Source of the DNA: an uncultured Lishizhenia sp.
GTDB taxonomy: Bacteria > Bacteroidota > Bacteroidia > Flavobacteriales_D > Crocinitomicaceae
Assembly (NCBI GenBank): GCA_964636775.1
Contig: CAZWSY010000003.1
Span: forward strand, 17,259 to 81,258
DNA: 64,000 bases
Reading direction: 5' to 3'
The notes beneath the pieces are model-generated. The model made no database searches and was not told where the DNA came from. It saw nothing but the letters and a program-made list of their open reading frames with translations. Below, piece by piece: positions 40,131 to 49,686 of this stretch (position 1 is its first letter; each line of letters begins with the position of its first letter). Position numbers and translations under genes: made by a program.

Positions 40131-42238
40131 ATGTTTTAAAATCGTTCCTTTTTGGACTTTCCATTGTTTTCTTGCCATTTTCTTTGTCTGCGTCCAAGAT
40201 TGACAAAGGTTTTAAGGCTATGCAAAAAAAGAACTTTGCAGAGGCAGAAAAACAATTTCGAAAGGGCATCAAAAAAGGCTCCTCAGCGGCTTTTTATGGT
40301 CTATCACAATTATATTTTTCTTCAGCTATCAATAATTTAGATAGTACATACAAGTTTATTCTTTTGGCAGAAAGCAATTGGTCACTGTCGAAGGCTAAAC
40401 AAAGAAAAAAGTGGTCAAAATGGAGCGTGGACAGTTTATCAATTGATAAGTTGAAACATCAAATGAGTGATGCTTATTTTGATAAATACAAAGTTCAAGC
40501 ACGTGAAGAGGATTTTATTCGCTTTTTGAAAGAACATCCTTGGTCAAATAAAAAGGATAATGCTTTGTATTGGCGTGACTCCTTAGCATATACAACTGCA
40601 AAACAAGAAGCAAGCTCAAAAGCTTTTGATGAATTTTTGATAAAGTACCCTAACTCGGTTTTTAGTGAACGAGCAAAATATGAATTCATTGAATTGCAAT
40701 ACCAGGAATTTGCACGACGAGGTAGGATTTCCGATTTTGAAGCTTTTCTGTTATGTTGCCCCGAAAATCCACATGTTGTAGATGCAGAAAATAGAATCTT
40801 CGAACTTTCCTCGAAAAACAAATCAATTGAAGAATACCATCAGTTTGTAAAAACATATCCTAACAATCGAAACGCAGCTGAGGCCTGGAGAACTATCTAC
40901 AAACTTTTTGTAAAGGATTATTCCGTCCAAAAAATCGCCGCTTTTCGTGAGAAATTCCCAAACTATCCTTTTATTAAAGAGTTGGACGAAGATTTAGCGC
41001 TTTTCAATGAGGTCTACTATCCTTACTTGAAAAACAACCTTTTTGGTTACATGGACGGGCAAGGGAAGACAGTGATTCCACCGCAATTCGAGCAAACTAA
41101 TCCTTTTCAGGACGGAATTGCTGTTGTCTCTAAAAAAGGAAAATGGGGAGTTATCACCAAGAAAAACGTCACATTAATTGAGTTTCAGTATGATGAAATG
41201 TCTGAATTCATTGACGGTCGCTCGGTGGTCAATCGAAATGATTCACTTGGTGTAATTGACCGTTCAGGGCGAGAAATCGTACCCTTAAAATTCGCCGATG
41301 TAATTCTTTTAGGAAACAATTGGATGGCGCTTCAAGGGTTCAATGAGGAGGGTTATTTGCTTTGCGATATTTACGGAACGCCTCGTTCAGACAAACGATT
41401 TTTTGAAATAAACACCTTCAACAAAAACACTGCTGTTGTTCAAGTGGAGAGTGGTTTTGGAATCATTAATGAAAAAGCAGAATTTATTTTAAATCCGAGT
41501 TATGAATCTATTCGTTTGGTATCGGATTCATTGATAGAATATGGATTTGCGGGTAAAAAAGGTTTGTTGAACTTAAAAGGAGAAAAATTAACAGAGGCAA
41601 TCTATGATGACTTTTCAAAACCAGATATCACTGGAAAACAGCTTCTCGCACGCCAAGGAAATAACCTCATATACTTGAATGAAAAAGGTCAAGTTTTTTT
41701 CAATTTTGCAACTGAATATTTCCCAGGTGCATTCGAAAACGGGTTCTTCCACAGTGGAATGGCAATTTTTAGAAAAAAGGGGAAGTTTGGTGTAATGGAT
41801 TTTACAGGAAAAGAAATCATCAAACCGAATTTTGAAAATCTTGGTGGCGTTGCCACATTTATTCCTGCGTCAAAAGATGGAAAATGGGCTTTAGTTGATT
41901 ACAAAGGAAAAGCTTTAATTCCTTATGAATTTGATGCTATTGAAACTGTACCAGGAATTGGATTTTTAATGGAAAGAAACGGTATGTTAGGTATGGTTGA
42001 TTTTAATCTGCGCCAAATTATTCCGAATGATTACACTGTGATTAAGCGATTTGAAGATCAGTTTTTCTTGGTTTCACGCAACAACAAATACGGTTTATAT
42101 TCAATTAAAGGAGATTTGGTTTTACCTGTGGAGTACAACGCTATTCAAAAGTTTGATGGAGATTGTTTAATTTTATTCGGCGATAGTGAGACCTCGTACT
42201 ATTACTTGCGTTCAAAATTGTACTTGAAACACGAATAA
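40127..42238 (+). CDS. WG-repeat (KWG) containing secreted protein with an N-terminal helical-repeat region
   Basis: Signal peptide. At least 10 repeats of the hydrophobic-G-hydrophobic-hydrophobic-D/N motif at 30-40 aa spacing (GKWGVIT, SLGVIDR, GFGIINE, GKFGVMD, GKWALVD, GMLGMVD, NKYGLYS). Confidence 0.65.
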   Translation: MNVLKSFLFGLSIVFLPFSLSASKIDKGFKAMQKKNFAEAEKQFRKGIKKGSSAAFYGLSQLYFSSAINNLDSTYKFILLAESNWSLSKAKQRKKWSKWSVDSLSIDKLKHQMSDAYFDKYKVQAREEDFIRFLKEHPWSNKKDNALYWRDSLAYTTAKQEASSKAFDEFLIKYPNSVFSERAKYEFIELQYQEFARRGRISDFEAFLLCCPENPHVVDAENRIFELSSKNKSIEEYHQFVKTYPNNRNAAEAWRTIYKLFVKDYSVQKIAAFREKFPNYPFIKELDEDLALFNEVYYPYLKNNLFGYMDGQGKTVIPPQFEQTNPFQDGIAVVSKKGKWGVITKKNVTLIEFQYDEMSEFIDGRSVVNRNDSLGVIDRSGREIVPLKFADVILLGNNWMALQGFNEEGYLLCDIYGTPRSDKRFFEINTFNKNTAVVQVESGFGIINEKAEFILNPSYESIRLVSDSLIEYGFAGKKGLLNLKGEKLTEAIYDDFSKPDITGKQLLARQGNNLIYLNEKGQVFFNFATEYFPGAFENGFFHSGMAIFRKKGKFGVMDFTGKEIIKPNFENLGGVATFIPASKDGKWALVDYKGKALIPYEFDAIETVPGIGFLMERNGMLGMVDFNLRQIIPNDYTVIKRFEDQFFLVSRNNKYGLYSIKGDLVLPVEYNAIQKFDGDCLILFGDSETSYYYLRSKLYLKHE

Positions 42239-43017
42239 TGAAATCTTTTTTAAACAGACCTGAGCATTTCTTCTTAGCACTTATAGCTGCCTTGTCTGTT
42301 TATGTTGTAATTTTCATGTATTTCCAAATTTCTTCCTATCAAGAATTGGTTCCCATCGAGCGTTTTTACAATTATTCACGTGTAGAACCCCCCGAAGAAA
42401 TCACTTTAAAACCAGATCAAATTGAAGTTCCGAAAGATGCTGGCGGTGAAGTAAGGAATATTGCTCGAGATAATAATGATTCTCGCAAAAGGTCAAAAGA
42501 AAATTGGTCAGAAAACGTACAATCTGGAGTGAAAGATCCCGTTCAATCTGCAAAAGATTTTGAGAAGAAACTGTTTGAGGAGGCTGGTGGCGCTAAAGAA
42601 AGAGAACGTATCCAAAAAGAAATGGAGGAACGAAAAAAAAATCAAACGACCACTCAAACGGAAAAATCAACGAATAATCAACCAAGCAACTCAGGAAAAT
42701 CAAATCAGTATGCAGGAGATGTGATGGTGGATTTTAGTTTGACTGGAAGAACTGCATTTGAAAACAACAATTGGCACATTCGAAATCCAGGCTATACCTG
42801 CGGACACGGGTCTTCTGGAACGGTGGTAGTTTTGGTAAGTGTTGATAAAACGGGACGAGTTATTGGTTCGTCAATTGATGAAAGTAGAACCACTAACGCT
42901 ACATCCTGTATGCGGGAACAGGCATTAAAATATGCCGGAATTTCAAAATTTAATTTTTCAGACAAAGCACCAGTTCGACAAGAGGGATACATAAGGTATC
43001 GGTTTGTTTCGCAGTAG
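42238..43017 (+). CDS. Membrane-anchored protein with a K/E-rich linker and a TonB-C-like C-terminal domain
   Basis: One N-terminal TM helix (FFLALIAALSVYVVIFMYF) and a charged linker. The C-terminal GSSGTVVVLVSVDKTGRVIG...ALKYAGISKFNF fits the TonB_C pattern. Its ATG overlaps the upstream TAA. Confidence 0.4.
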   Translation: MKSFLNRPEHFFLALIAALSVYVVIFMYFQISSYQELVPIERFYNYSRVEPPEEITLKPDQIEVPKDAGGEVRNIARDNNDSRKRSKENWSENVQSGVKDPVQSAKDFEKKLFEEAGGAKERERIQKEMEERKKNQTTTQTEKSTNNQPSNSGKSNQYAGDVMVDFSLTGRTAFENNNWHIRNPGYTCGHGSSGTVVVLVSVDKTGRVIGSSIDESRTTNATSCMREQALKYAGISKFNFSDKAPVRQEGYIRYRFVSQ

Positions 43018-43056
43018 AACCCAAATTAGTTAAAATTCCTATTTGTCTCTTTTGTG

Positions 43057-44301
43057 TTAAAGATTTACAGGGTAACACAAGAAATATTTCTCAACGGGTT
43101 GAGCTAGAGCAGATATGTTCAAATTGTCTGATGCTTTTGAAAGGTCAATAATTTCACCATTTTTCATCAGCATATTAATGTTTTGTTTGTGTTGATTGTA
43201 GGCTTTATTTGTAAGCGTGTCCGTATAAACAAAATATTCTAACTCGTCCTCCTTTAAACCTAATTGAGCTCGGATAATTTCTTTTTCCATGATAATTCGG
43301 TCTTCCGAAAATGGATCGCGGGAAATTTCAATTTTGAACAATTTGCGATTTACGATTGACTTAGAAATGAAAGACAACACTTTATCGGGATAGTTTTGCC
43401 AGACTTTTATTGCGCCCAAAATATCGTAATCGTCGAGCGCTGCAAATTGCTCCAAAATACTTGGGTCATTTTTAAAATCCATAAAAGTCACATCTTTTTC
43501 CATAAAAAGTCGAAGAGCCGGACTAGCAAAAAGTTTATGACCATTTTTGGTTAATTGTTTTGCACGACGTAAAGCATGAATTAGCATGTATTCCGCCGAA
43601 ACTACCGTTTTATGTAAATAAACTTGCCAATACATCAACCTTCTGGCAACAATGAATTTCTCAATCGAATAAATTCCTTTTTCCTCCAACACTAAATTTC
43701 CGTCATGGACATTTATCATTTCAATCAAACGGTCGCTGCCAATGATTCCTTCTGAAACACCTGAATAAAAACTGTCGCGATTCAAATAATCAAGCCTATC
43801 CATATCTAACTGACTGGAAACCAATTGATGAAGAAATGGCTTTGAGTATGTATCGTTAAAGATTAAAGCTGCACGTTTAAGGTCATCACCAAAAGTTTCT
43901 GCTAACTTGTCCATGAATAAAGCGGAAATCTGCTCATGACTCACACTGGAAACAATATCGTATTCTAAGGCATGACTGAAAGGACCGTGACCAATATCAT
44001 GTAGTAAAATGGCTAATTGTACAGCCGTTTCTTCTTCTTCAGTGATTTCATGCCCCTTTCTACGAATCGTTGCGATTGCCTGCGACATCAAGTGCATCGC
44101 TCCTAAAACATGATGAAATCGAGAGTGAATTGCCCCTGGATAAACCAAATGACTCAATCCCAACTGCATAATTCGTCGCAAACGTTGCATGTAAGGATGT
44201 TCAATAACATCAAAAATTATTTCGTTTGGAATGGAAATAAAACCATACACCGGGTCGTTTACAATTTTCTTCTTGTTGTTGCGGTTTAAGTTGGGTCGCA
44301 C
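43057..44301 (-). CDS. HD-domain phosphohydrolase (SAMHD1/dNTP triphosphohydrolase-like)
   Basis: VNDPVYGFI, HSRFHHVLGAMHL and LLHDIGHGPFSH are HD metal-site motifs. GTG start. Confidence 0.8.
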   Translation of the reverse strand: MRPNLNRNNKKKIVNDPVYGFISIPNEIIFDVIEHPYMQRLRRIMQLGLSHLVYPGAIHSRFHHVLGAMHLMSQAIATIRRKGHEITEEEETAVQLAILLHDIGHGPFSHALEYDIVSSVSHEQISALFMDKLAETFGDDLKRAALIFNDTYSKPFLHQLVSSQLDMDRLDYLNRDSFYSGVSEGIIGSDRLIEMINVHDGNLVLEEKGIYSIEKFIVARRLMYWQVYLHKTVVSAEYMLIHALRRAKQLTKNGHKLFASPALRLFMEKDVTFMDFKNDPSILEQFAALDDYDILGAIKVWQNYPDKVLSFISKSIVNRKLFKIEISRDPFSEDRIIMEKEIIRAQLGLKEDELEYFVYTDTLTNKAYNQHKQNINMLMKNGEIIDLSKASDNLNISALAQPVEKYFLCYPVNL

Positions 44302-44340
44302 GGTCAGATTTTAATTAAATTCAACATTCTAATTTTTATT

Positions 44341-45888
44341 ATGCAAGCAAAAATTCTCTGGGCTGATGACGAAATCGAATTGCTCAAACCACATATACTT
44401 TTTTTGGAATCAAAAGGTTACGCTGTTACCTCTGTGACAAACGGTGCAGACGCGATTGACAAAGTCTTAGAAACCACTTTCGATATCATCTTTTTGGATG
44501 AAAATATGCCCGGATTAAGTGGCTTGGAAACCTTGAGCCGAATTAAAGAAAAACGACCTCATGTTCCCGTGGTGATGATTACAAAAAGTGAAGAGGAACA
44601 TATAATGGAAGAAGCAATTGGGAGTAAAATCGCTGATTACCTTATCAAGCCAGTAAACCCCAATCAGATTTTGCTAAGTATCAAGAAGAATCTCGACCAT
44701 TCCAAACTTGTTTCCCAAAAAACAAATGCTAATTACCAACAAGAATTTCGTCAATTAGGAATGCAACTCAATGGACGACTTGACGCCGAGGAGTGGAAAG
44801 ATTTGTATGCGAAATTGGTTTTTTGGGAATTGGAATTAGACAAAGTAGAGGATGCAGGAATGCGCGAAATTCTAAACATGCAAAAAAAGGAGGCAAACAA
44901 ACTATTCTGTGATTTCATTGAGGACAATTATTTGGATTGGATGGCCGACCCGAAAGAAGCACCTGATTTTATTCATAATGTCATCAAAGAGAAAATAGCG
45001 CCTTACATCGGAACCCGCAAGACAGCAGTTTTAGTTATTGATAACCTGCGTTATGACCAATGGAAGATGTTGGAACCAATATTTGGTAAGTATTTCACGA
45101 AAAGAAAAGAGGAAATCGTTTTTTCCATATTACCTACTGCGACACACTACGCAAGAAATGCTTTTTTTGCAGGGATAATGCCTTCAGAAATTGAAAAACG
45201 CTTCCCTCAACTTTGGAAAAACGAGGATGATGAAGGTGGAAAAAATTTACACGAAAAAGATTTTTTAGAAGCCAATTTAAAGCGCTTGGGTAAACAAGTA
45301 AAATGGTCTTACAATAAAATTACCCAACACGAAGCAGGAAAGAAATTAGCCGATCAGTTTCATCTATGGAAGGATAACGACGTGAATTTTATCGTTTATA
45401 ACTTCGTTGATATGCTTTCACATGCACGCACAGAAATGGAAGTTATCCGAGAATTGGCAGATGATGAAGCGGCTTATCGTTCATTAACTGTTTCTTGGTT
45501 AGAACATTCTCCTTTACTCGACATAATCAAAAAAATTGCTGAAGCAGGTATTCAATTGATTATCACAACAGACCACGGAACAGTGAAAGTTACCAATCCA
45601 GTGAAAATTGTTGGAGAACGCAACACAAACTCCAACCTTCGCTATAAAGCCGGACGCGGTTTAAGTTATAACGCAAAAGAAGTTTTTGAGGTAAACCAAC
45701 CAAAGGAGGCATTTTTGCCAACACTTAAGCTTTCAGCCAATTTTGTTTTTGCTCGTGAACAAGATTTCTTTGTTTATCCTAATAACTACAACCATTTCGT
45801 GCATTATTACGGTCAAACGTTCCAACACGGAGGTATTTCTCTTGAAGAGATTTTGATTCCTTACGTTGAGTTAGAGCCGAAGGGGTGA
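44341..45888 (+). CDS. porX: T9SS response regulator PorX (receiver domain plus PglZ/alkaline-phosphatase-like domain)
   Basis: CheY-like receiver (ILWADDE...DIIFLDENMPGLSG...ADYLIKP) fused to a PglZ-like domain (VLVIDNLRYDQW, TTDHGT). 515 aa, the same size and architecture as PorX. Confidence 0.75.
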   Translation: MQAKILWADDEIELLKPHILFLESKGYAVTSVTNGADAIDKVLETTFDIIFLDENMPGLSGLETLSRIKEKRPHVPVVMITKSEEEHIMEEAIGSKIADYLIKPVNPNQILLSIKKNLDHSKLVSQKTNANYQQEFRQLGMQLNGRLDAEEWKDLYAKLVFWELELDKVEDAGMREILNMQKKEANKLFCDFIEDNYLDWMADPKEAPDFIHNVIKEKIAPYIGTRKTAVLVIDNLRYDQWKMLEPIFGKYFTKRKEEIVFSILPTATHYARNAFFAGIMPSEIEKRFPQLWKNEDDEGGKNLHEKDFLEANLKRLGKQVKWSYNKITQHEAGKKLADQFHLWKDNDVNFIVYNFVDMLSHARTEMEVIRELADDEAAYRSLTVSWLEHSPLLDIIKKIAEAGIQLIITTDHGTVKVTNPVKIVGERNTNSNLRYKAGRGLSYNAKEVFEVNQPKEAFLPTLKLSANFVFAREQDFFVYPNNYNHFVHYYGQTFQHGGISLEEILIPYVELEPKG

Positions 45889-46053
45889 TTTGGGTTGATT
45901 TGAAAATTTGAAGTTCGACGTGGCGGATGAAGAATTGAAGATTACTCAATTTGAAATGAATAAAAGAAGGGTTGCTGGTAAAAAGCGACGGATAAAATCA
46001 ATTTTGACCTAAACAAATTCTTGCTTCGATGGACTTCTTTAAGCTCCTTTGCC

Positions 46054-46061
46054 TAACTTTG
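46054..46061 (+). promoter_or_regulatory. -7 promoter box TAACTTTG upstream of the flavin reductase gene
   Basis: Exact TAnnTTTG match 20 nt upstream of the ATG at 46081. Confidence 0.5.
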
Positions 46062-46080
46062 TTTTTCAATTTTTTACTTG

Positions 46081-46977
46081 ATGTTAACTCTTAATCCCAA
46101 AGAATTACCCGTTCCAAAACTTCACCAATATTTGCTCGGTTCGGTTGGTCCTCGTCCAATTGCCTTTGCTTCAACAATAGATGCAGAAGGTCGTCCGAAT
46201 TTGGCGCCTTTCAGTTTTTTCAACGTTTTTAGTGCGAACCCGCCAATTTTAATTTTTTCACCTGCACGTTCGGGAAGAAGCAATACAACAAAAGACACCT
46301 ACAACAATGTAAAAGTTGTACCTGAAGTGGTTATCAATGTGGTTAATCACGAGATAGTTCACCAAATGAGTTTGGCTAGTTCTCCATACCCGGCGGGAGT
46401 AAACGAATTCGAAAAAGCTGGATTTACCGCACTAGAATCTGAAACAATTAAACCTTTTCGCGTGAAGGAATCACCTGTACAATTTGAGTGTAAGGTGAAT
46501 GAAGTCGTAGAATTAGGCCCAAATGGCGGAGCAGGAAATCTAATCATCTGTGAAGTTTTGCGCATACATATCAATGAGGCCGTTTTAGATACGAATGGTA
46601 TGATTGACCAACACAAAATTGACCTTGTTGCAAGAATGGGCGGTGATTGGTATTGTAGAGCAAACACGAGTTCTATGTTTGAAGTAAAGAAACCAATAAC
46701 CACATGTGGAATCGGATATGACCAACTTCCCCAAGATTTTCTAAAAAGCGAAATTCTTACAGCAAACAACCTTGGGCAATTAGCAGGAATTGAAGAAATT
46801 CCAAACGAAACAGATGTAAATGAATACAAATTGTTGGAGTTAAGCGATTTGTTTCTTAATTTCGAAGATGAAGCCCAAAAATTGGAAGCAGAATTACATC
46901 GTCGTGCCCAAAATTTATTGGCTGAAAATAAATTGGAGGAAGCGTGGTTAACCTTGCTTTCATTTAATAACGGATAA
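46081..46977 (+). CDS. Flavin reductase-like FMN-binding (split-barrel) protein
   Basis: VGPRPIAFASTIDAEGRPNLAPFSFFN is typical of the flavin reductase-like domain. The ATG at 46081 is preferred over the TTG at 46078. Confidence 0.75.
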   Translation: MLTLNPKELPVPKLHQYLLGSVGPRPIAFASTIDAEGRPNLAPFSFFNVFSANPPILIFSPARSGRSNTTKDTYNNVKVVPEVVINVVNHEIVHQMSLASSPYPAGVNEFEKAGFTALESETIKPFRVKESPVQFECKVNEVVELGPNGGAGNLIICEVLRIHINEAVLDTNGMIDQHKIDLVARMGGDWYCRANTSSMFEVKKPITTCGIGYDQLPQDFLKSEILTANNLGQLAGIEEIPNETDVNEYKLLELSDLFLNFEDEAQKLEAELHRRAQNLLAENKLEEAWLTLLSFNNG

Positions 46978-46999
46978 ACAACAACTTAAATAATAGCTT

Positions 47000-47410
47000 A
47001 TGTTCAAATTAACCGGGACAATCAAAATGATTAATCCCACTCAACAAGTCACTGAAAAATTTGCGAAAAGAGAATTTGTAGTTACAGAGTCCTCTTCTAT
47101 GTACCCGCAAGATATTTTATTTCAAGCTACACAAGATAAATGTGCTTTACTTGATAATTTTCAACCGAATGAAAACGTTGAAGTTTCTTTCAATCTAAGA
47201 GGAAGAGAATGGACGAGTCCACAAGGAGAAATCAAATACTTCAACACCATAGAAGCGTGGAGAATTGAGCGAGTTGCCCAACCAACAGGTATGCCTGCTG
47301 GAGGTCCTTCACCAATGGCAATCAACAATGCAGCACCAATGGCTCAACCGGTTTCTCAAACTTCAAGTGCTATTACATCAAATGATGACGAGGACGATTT
47401 GCCATTCTAA
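47000..47410 (+). CDS. DUF3127-like (OB-fold-like) protein with an acidic C-terminal tail
   Basis: LTGTIKMINPTQQV...KREFVV......YPQDILFQ........L..F..NE.VEVSFNLRGREW........YFNTIEAWRIE resembles DUF3127. The DDEDDLPF tail resembles an SSB-type tip. Confidence 0.6.
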   Translation: MFKLTGTIKMINPTQQVTEKFAKREFVVTESSSMYPQDILFQATQDKCALLDNFQPNENVEVSFNLRGREWTSPQGEIKYFNTIEAWRIERVAQPTGMPAGGPSPMAINNAAPMAQPVSQTSSAITSNDDEDDLPF

Positions 47411-47436
47411 AAACAAAAAATACGTTCACTTTAAAC

Positions 47437-47473
47437 TCCCGCCTTGTATCAAACTTGAGCGGGATTTTTTTTT
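47437..47473 (+). terminator. Rho-independent terminator after the DUF3127 gene
   Basis: TCCCGC / GCGGGA stem with a 16-nt loop, followed by 9 T. Confidence 0.7.
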
Positions 47474-47533
47474 AAAACAAAAAAATGTTACTAGAAGTTA
47501 AGAAAAGATGTTTAAACAAATCTCAAGTAATTA

Positions 47534-47541
47534 TAAATTTG
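47534..47541 (+). promoter_or_regulatory. -7 promoter box TAAATTTG at the head of the polysaccharide locus
   Basis: Exact TAnnTTTG match 32 nt upstream of the neuB ATG, just after a terminator. Confidence 0.55.
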
Positions 47542-47572
47542 GCGAAACTAGCTTACTAACCTTAACCTATAA

Positions 47573-48592
47573 ATGCAGAAAGTCATTGTAATCGCAGAAG
47601 CCGGCGTCAATCACAATGGAAGTGAAGATATAGCTCTAGAATTGGTCAGAGCAGCTAAAAATGCTGGAGCCGATTACGTAAAATTTCAAACTTTCGTAAC
47701 TGAAAATCTAATTTCTAAAGAAGCACCAAAAGCTGCCTATCAAATTGCAAATGATGGTGAACACGATAGTCAATTTGAAATGGTCAAGAAATTGGAACTT
47801 TCTTTTGATACCTTCCGACGTATTGAAAGCTATTGTAAAGAGATTGGAATTGGTTTCTTATCTACTGCTTTTGATTTTGAAAGTTTGGACTTTTTGGGTT
47901 CGATGAAATTGGATTACTTGAAAATCCCATCTGGAGAAGTTACGAACGCTCCACTTTTAACGGCAATTGCTAAACTTAAAAGACCAGTTATTCTCTCTAC
48001 TGGCATGTGTACTTTAGAGGAAATTGAATTTGCAGTTAACACACTTTACAACAATGGTTTAACTCCTGAACAACTAACCATATTACACTGTACAACTGAA
48101 TATCCCGCACCTTTAAACGAGGTCAATCTGAAAGCAATGTTACACCTCGGAGAGTATTTCAAGGTTAAAATCGGTTATTCAGACCATACAATTGGTGATG
48201 CCGTTCCACTAGCTGCTGTGGCACTTGGAGCAACAATGATTGAAAAACACTTCACTTTAGATTGCTCTATGCCTGGACCAGATCATGTAGCCTCGATGGA
48301 GCCTCAACCTCTAAAGAAAATGATTCAATCCATAAGAAATATTGAAATTGCCATTTCTGGAAGCGGAAAAAAAGAACCAACTGAAAGTGAATTAAAAAAC
48401 AGAATTGTTGCAAGAAAAAGCATTCATGCCGCTTGTGACCTCGAAGAAGGTAAAACCATTGAAATCGAGCACTTGACCTTCACACGTCCTGGTGACGGAA
48501 TTTCGCCAATAGATGTAGAAAAAATAATTGGAAAATCAACCCGTATATCCATCCCTAAAGGAACCAAGTTATCATGGACACACATCCAATAA
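47573..48592 (+). CDS. neuB: N-acylneuraminate (nonulosonic acid) synthase, NeuB family with a C-terminal SAF domain
   Basis: VIAEAGVNHNGS, DYVKFQTF, KIPSGE and GYSDHT motifs. SAF-like C-terminus. Confidence 0.85.
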   Translation: MQKVIVIAEAGVNHNGSEDIALELVRAAKNAGADYVKFQTFVTENLISKEAPKAAYQIANDGEHDSQFEMVKKLELSFDTFRRIESYCKEIGIGFLSTAFDFESLDFLGSMKLDYLKIPSGEVTNAPLLTAIAKLKRPVILSTGMCTLEEIEFAVNTLYNNGLTPEQLTILHCTTEYPAPLNEVNLKAMLHLGEYFKVKIGYSDHTIGDAVPLAAVALGATMIEKHFTLDCSMPGPDHVASMEPQPLKKMIQSIRNIEIAISGSGKKEPTESELKNRIVARKSIHAACDLEEGKTIEIEHLTFTRPGDGISPIDVEKIIGKSTRISIPKGTKLSWTHIQ

Positions 48593-49686
48593 ATATTGCC
48601 GTTTTAACAAGTTCACGTGCGGATTATGGTTATTACAGACCAGTTTTACTTGCCTTGAACGAAGACTCAAGGTTTAATCTTACAATAATTGCTTTTGGAA
48701 CTCACACTGATTCTAATTTTGGAGAAACCTACAAATCAATTGAAGCTGACGGACTTACTGTTAATGTTAAAATCAAGACACCTTTCTCAGGAGACGAACC
48801 TTTAGACATTGTCAACACATTTGCAAAAACAGTGGAGCAATTTGGGGAATTTTGGCAAAAAAATCGGGATTTTAAATGGGTTTTATGTTTAGGCGATCGA
48901 TTTGAAATGGCAGCCGCTGTTGTCGCTGGTTTACCCTTTGGAATTCGTTATGCACATTTTTATGGCGGCGATAAGACACTAGGTGCAATTGACAACGTGT
49001 TTCGTGATCAAATCACACATTGTTCGTCCTTGCATTTTGTAGCACTTCCAGAATCAGCGGAAAGAGTAAAAGAACTTACATCATCTGAAAAAATAGAAGT
49101 GGTGGGTTCTTTGAGTTTGTTGAATCTTAAAGAAATAGAACTATTAAATCGAAAAACCTTTTGTGAAAAGTGGGGACTGAATGAAGAAAATCCCTTCATT
49201 TTGGTCACCGCACACCCCGAAACAGTAGCTTTTGAACAAAATCAGTATTTCGCAGAGGAATTATTTCTTGCACTCAGAGAAATTTCAGCGGTACACCAAA
49301 TTTTAGTTACACTTCCTAATGCTGATACAAATGGTACCATGTTTAGAGAAATGTTTCGAAAACTAAAGGAAGGAAACGATAAGGTGATTACCATAGAAAA
49401 TCTTGGAACACAGTCTTACTTTTCGGCAATTGAACTTTCTGAATTAATGTTGGGAAATACTTCAAGTGGAATCTTAGAATCAGCGTATTTCAAAAAGTTT
49501 GTTATCAATTTAGGTGATCGACAAAAAGGAAGAACAGCAAATGAAAATGTCGTGAACATCCCATTTAACCATCAATTGATTGTTGCGAATTATTTGAAAT
49601 TTGTGGGAAAAACCTACGAAGGAAAGGATCGATACAAACCAAAAAATGCAGTGTCAAAAATTTTAAATCTACTTTGTAATGAATAA
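48574..49686 (+). CDS. neuC: UDP-N-acetylglucosamine 2-epimerase (hydrolysing), NeuC family
   Basis: IAVLTSSRADYGYYRPVL, LGDRFE, HFYGGD and GNTSSGILE are NeuC-type motifs. Overlaps neuB by 19 nt. Confidence 0.8.
   Translation: MDTHPINIAVLTSSRADYGYYRPVLLALNEDSRFNLTIIAFGTHTDSNFGETYKSIEADGLTVNVKIKTPFSGDEPLDIVNTFAKTVEQFGEFWQKNRDFKWVLCLGDRFEMAAAVVAGLPFGIRYAHFYGGDKTLGAIDNVFRDQITHCSSLHFVALPESAERVKELTSSEKIEVVGSLSLLNLKEIELLNRKTFCEKWGLNEENPFILVTAHPETVAFEQNQYFAEELFLALREISAVHQILVTLPNADTNGTMFREMFRKLKEGNDKVITIENLGTQSYFSAIELSELMLGNTSSGILESAYFKKFVINLGDRQKGRTANENVVNIPFNHQLIVANYLKFVGKTYEGKDRYKPKNAVSKILNLLCNE

Noticed and set aside
43057-44301. HD-domain dNTPase-like gene as an anti-phage dNTP-depletion defence gene
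   Set aside because: It stands alone with no defence-island neighbours, no mobile elements and no visibly different sequence composition. It resembles the conserved housekeeping HD protein of Bacteroidota.
45920-46012. 30-codon GTG-initiated small ORF (VADEELKITQFEMNKRRVAGKKRRIKSILT) in the 189-nt porX / flavin-reductase spacer
   Set aside because: It has no upstream promoter box and a non-ATG start, and conservation cannot be assessed. Most likely chance. The spacer may simply hold the downstream promoter at 46054-46061.
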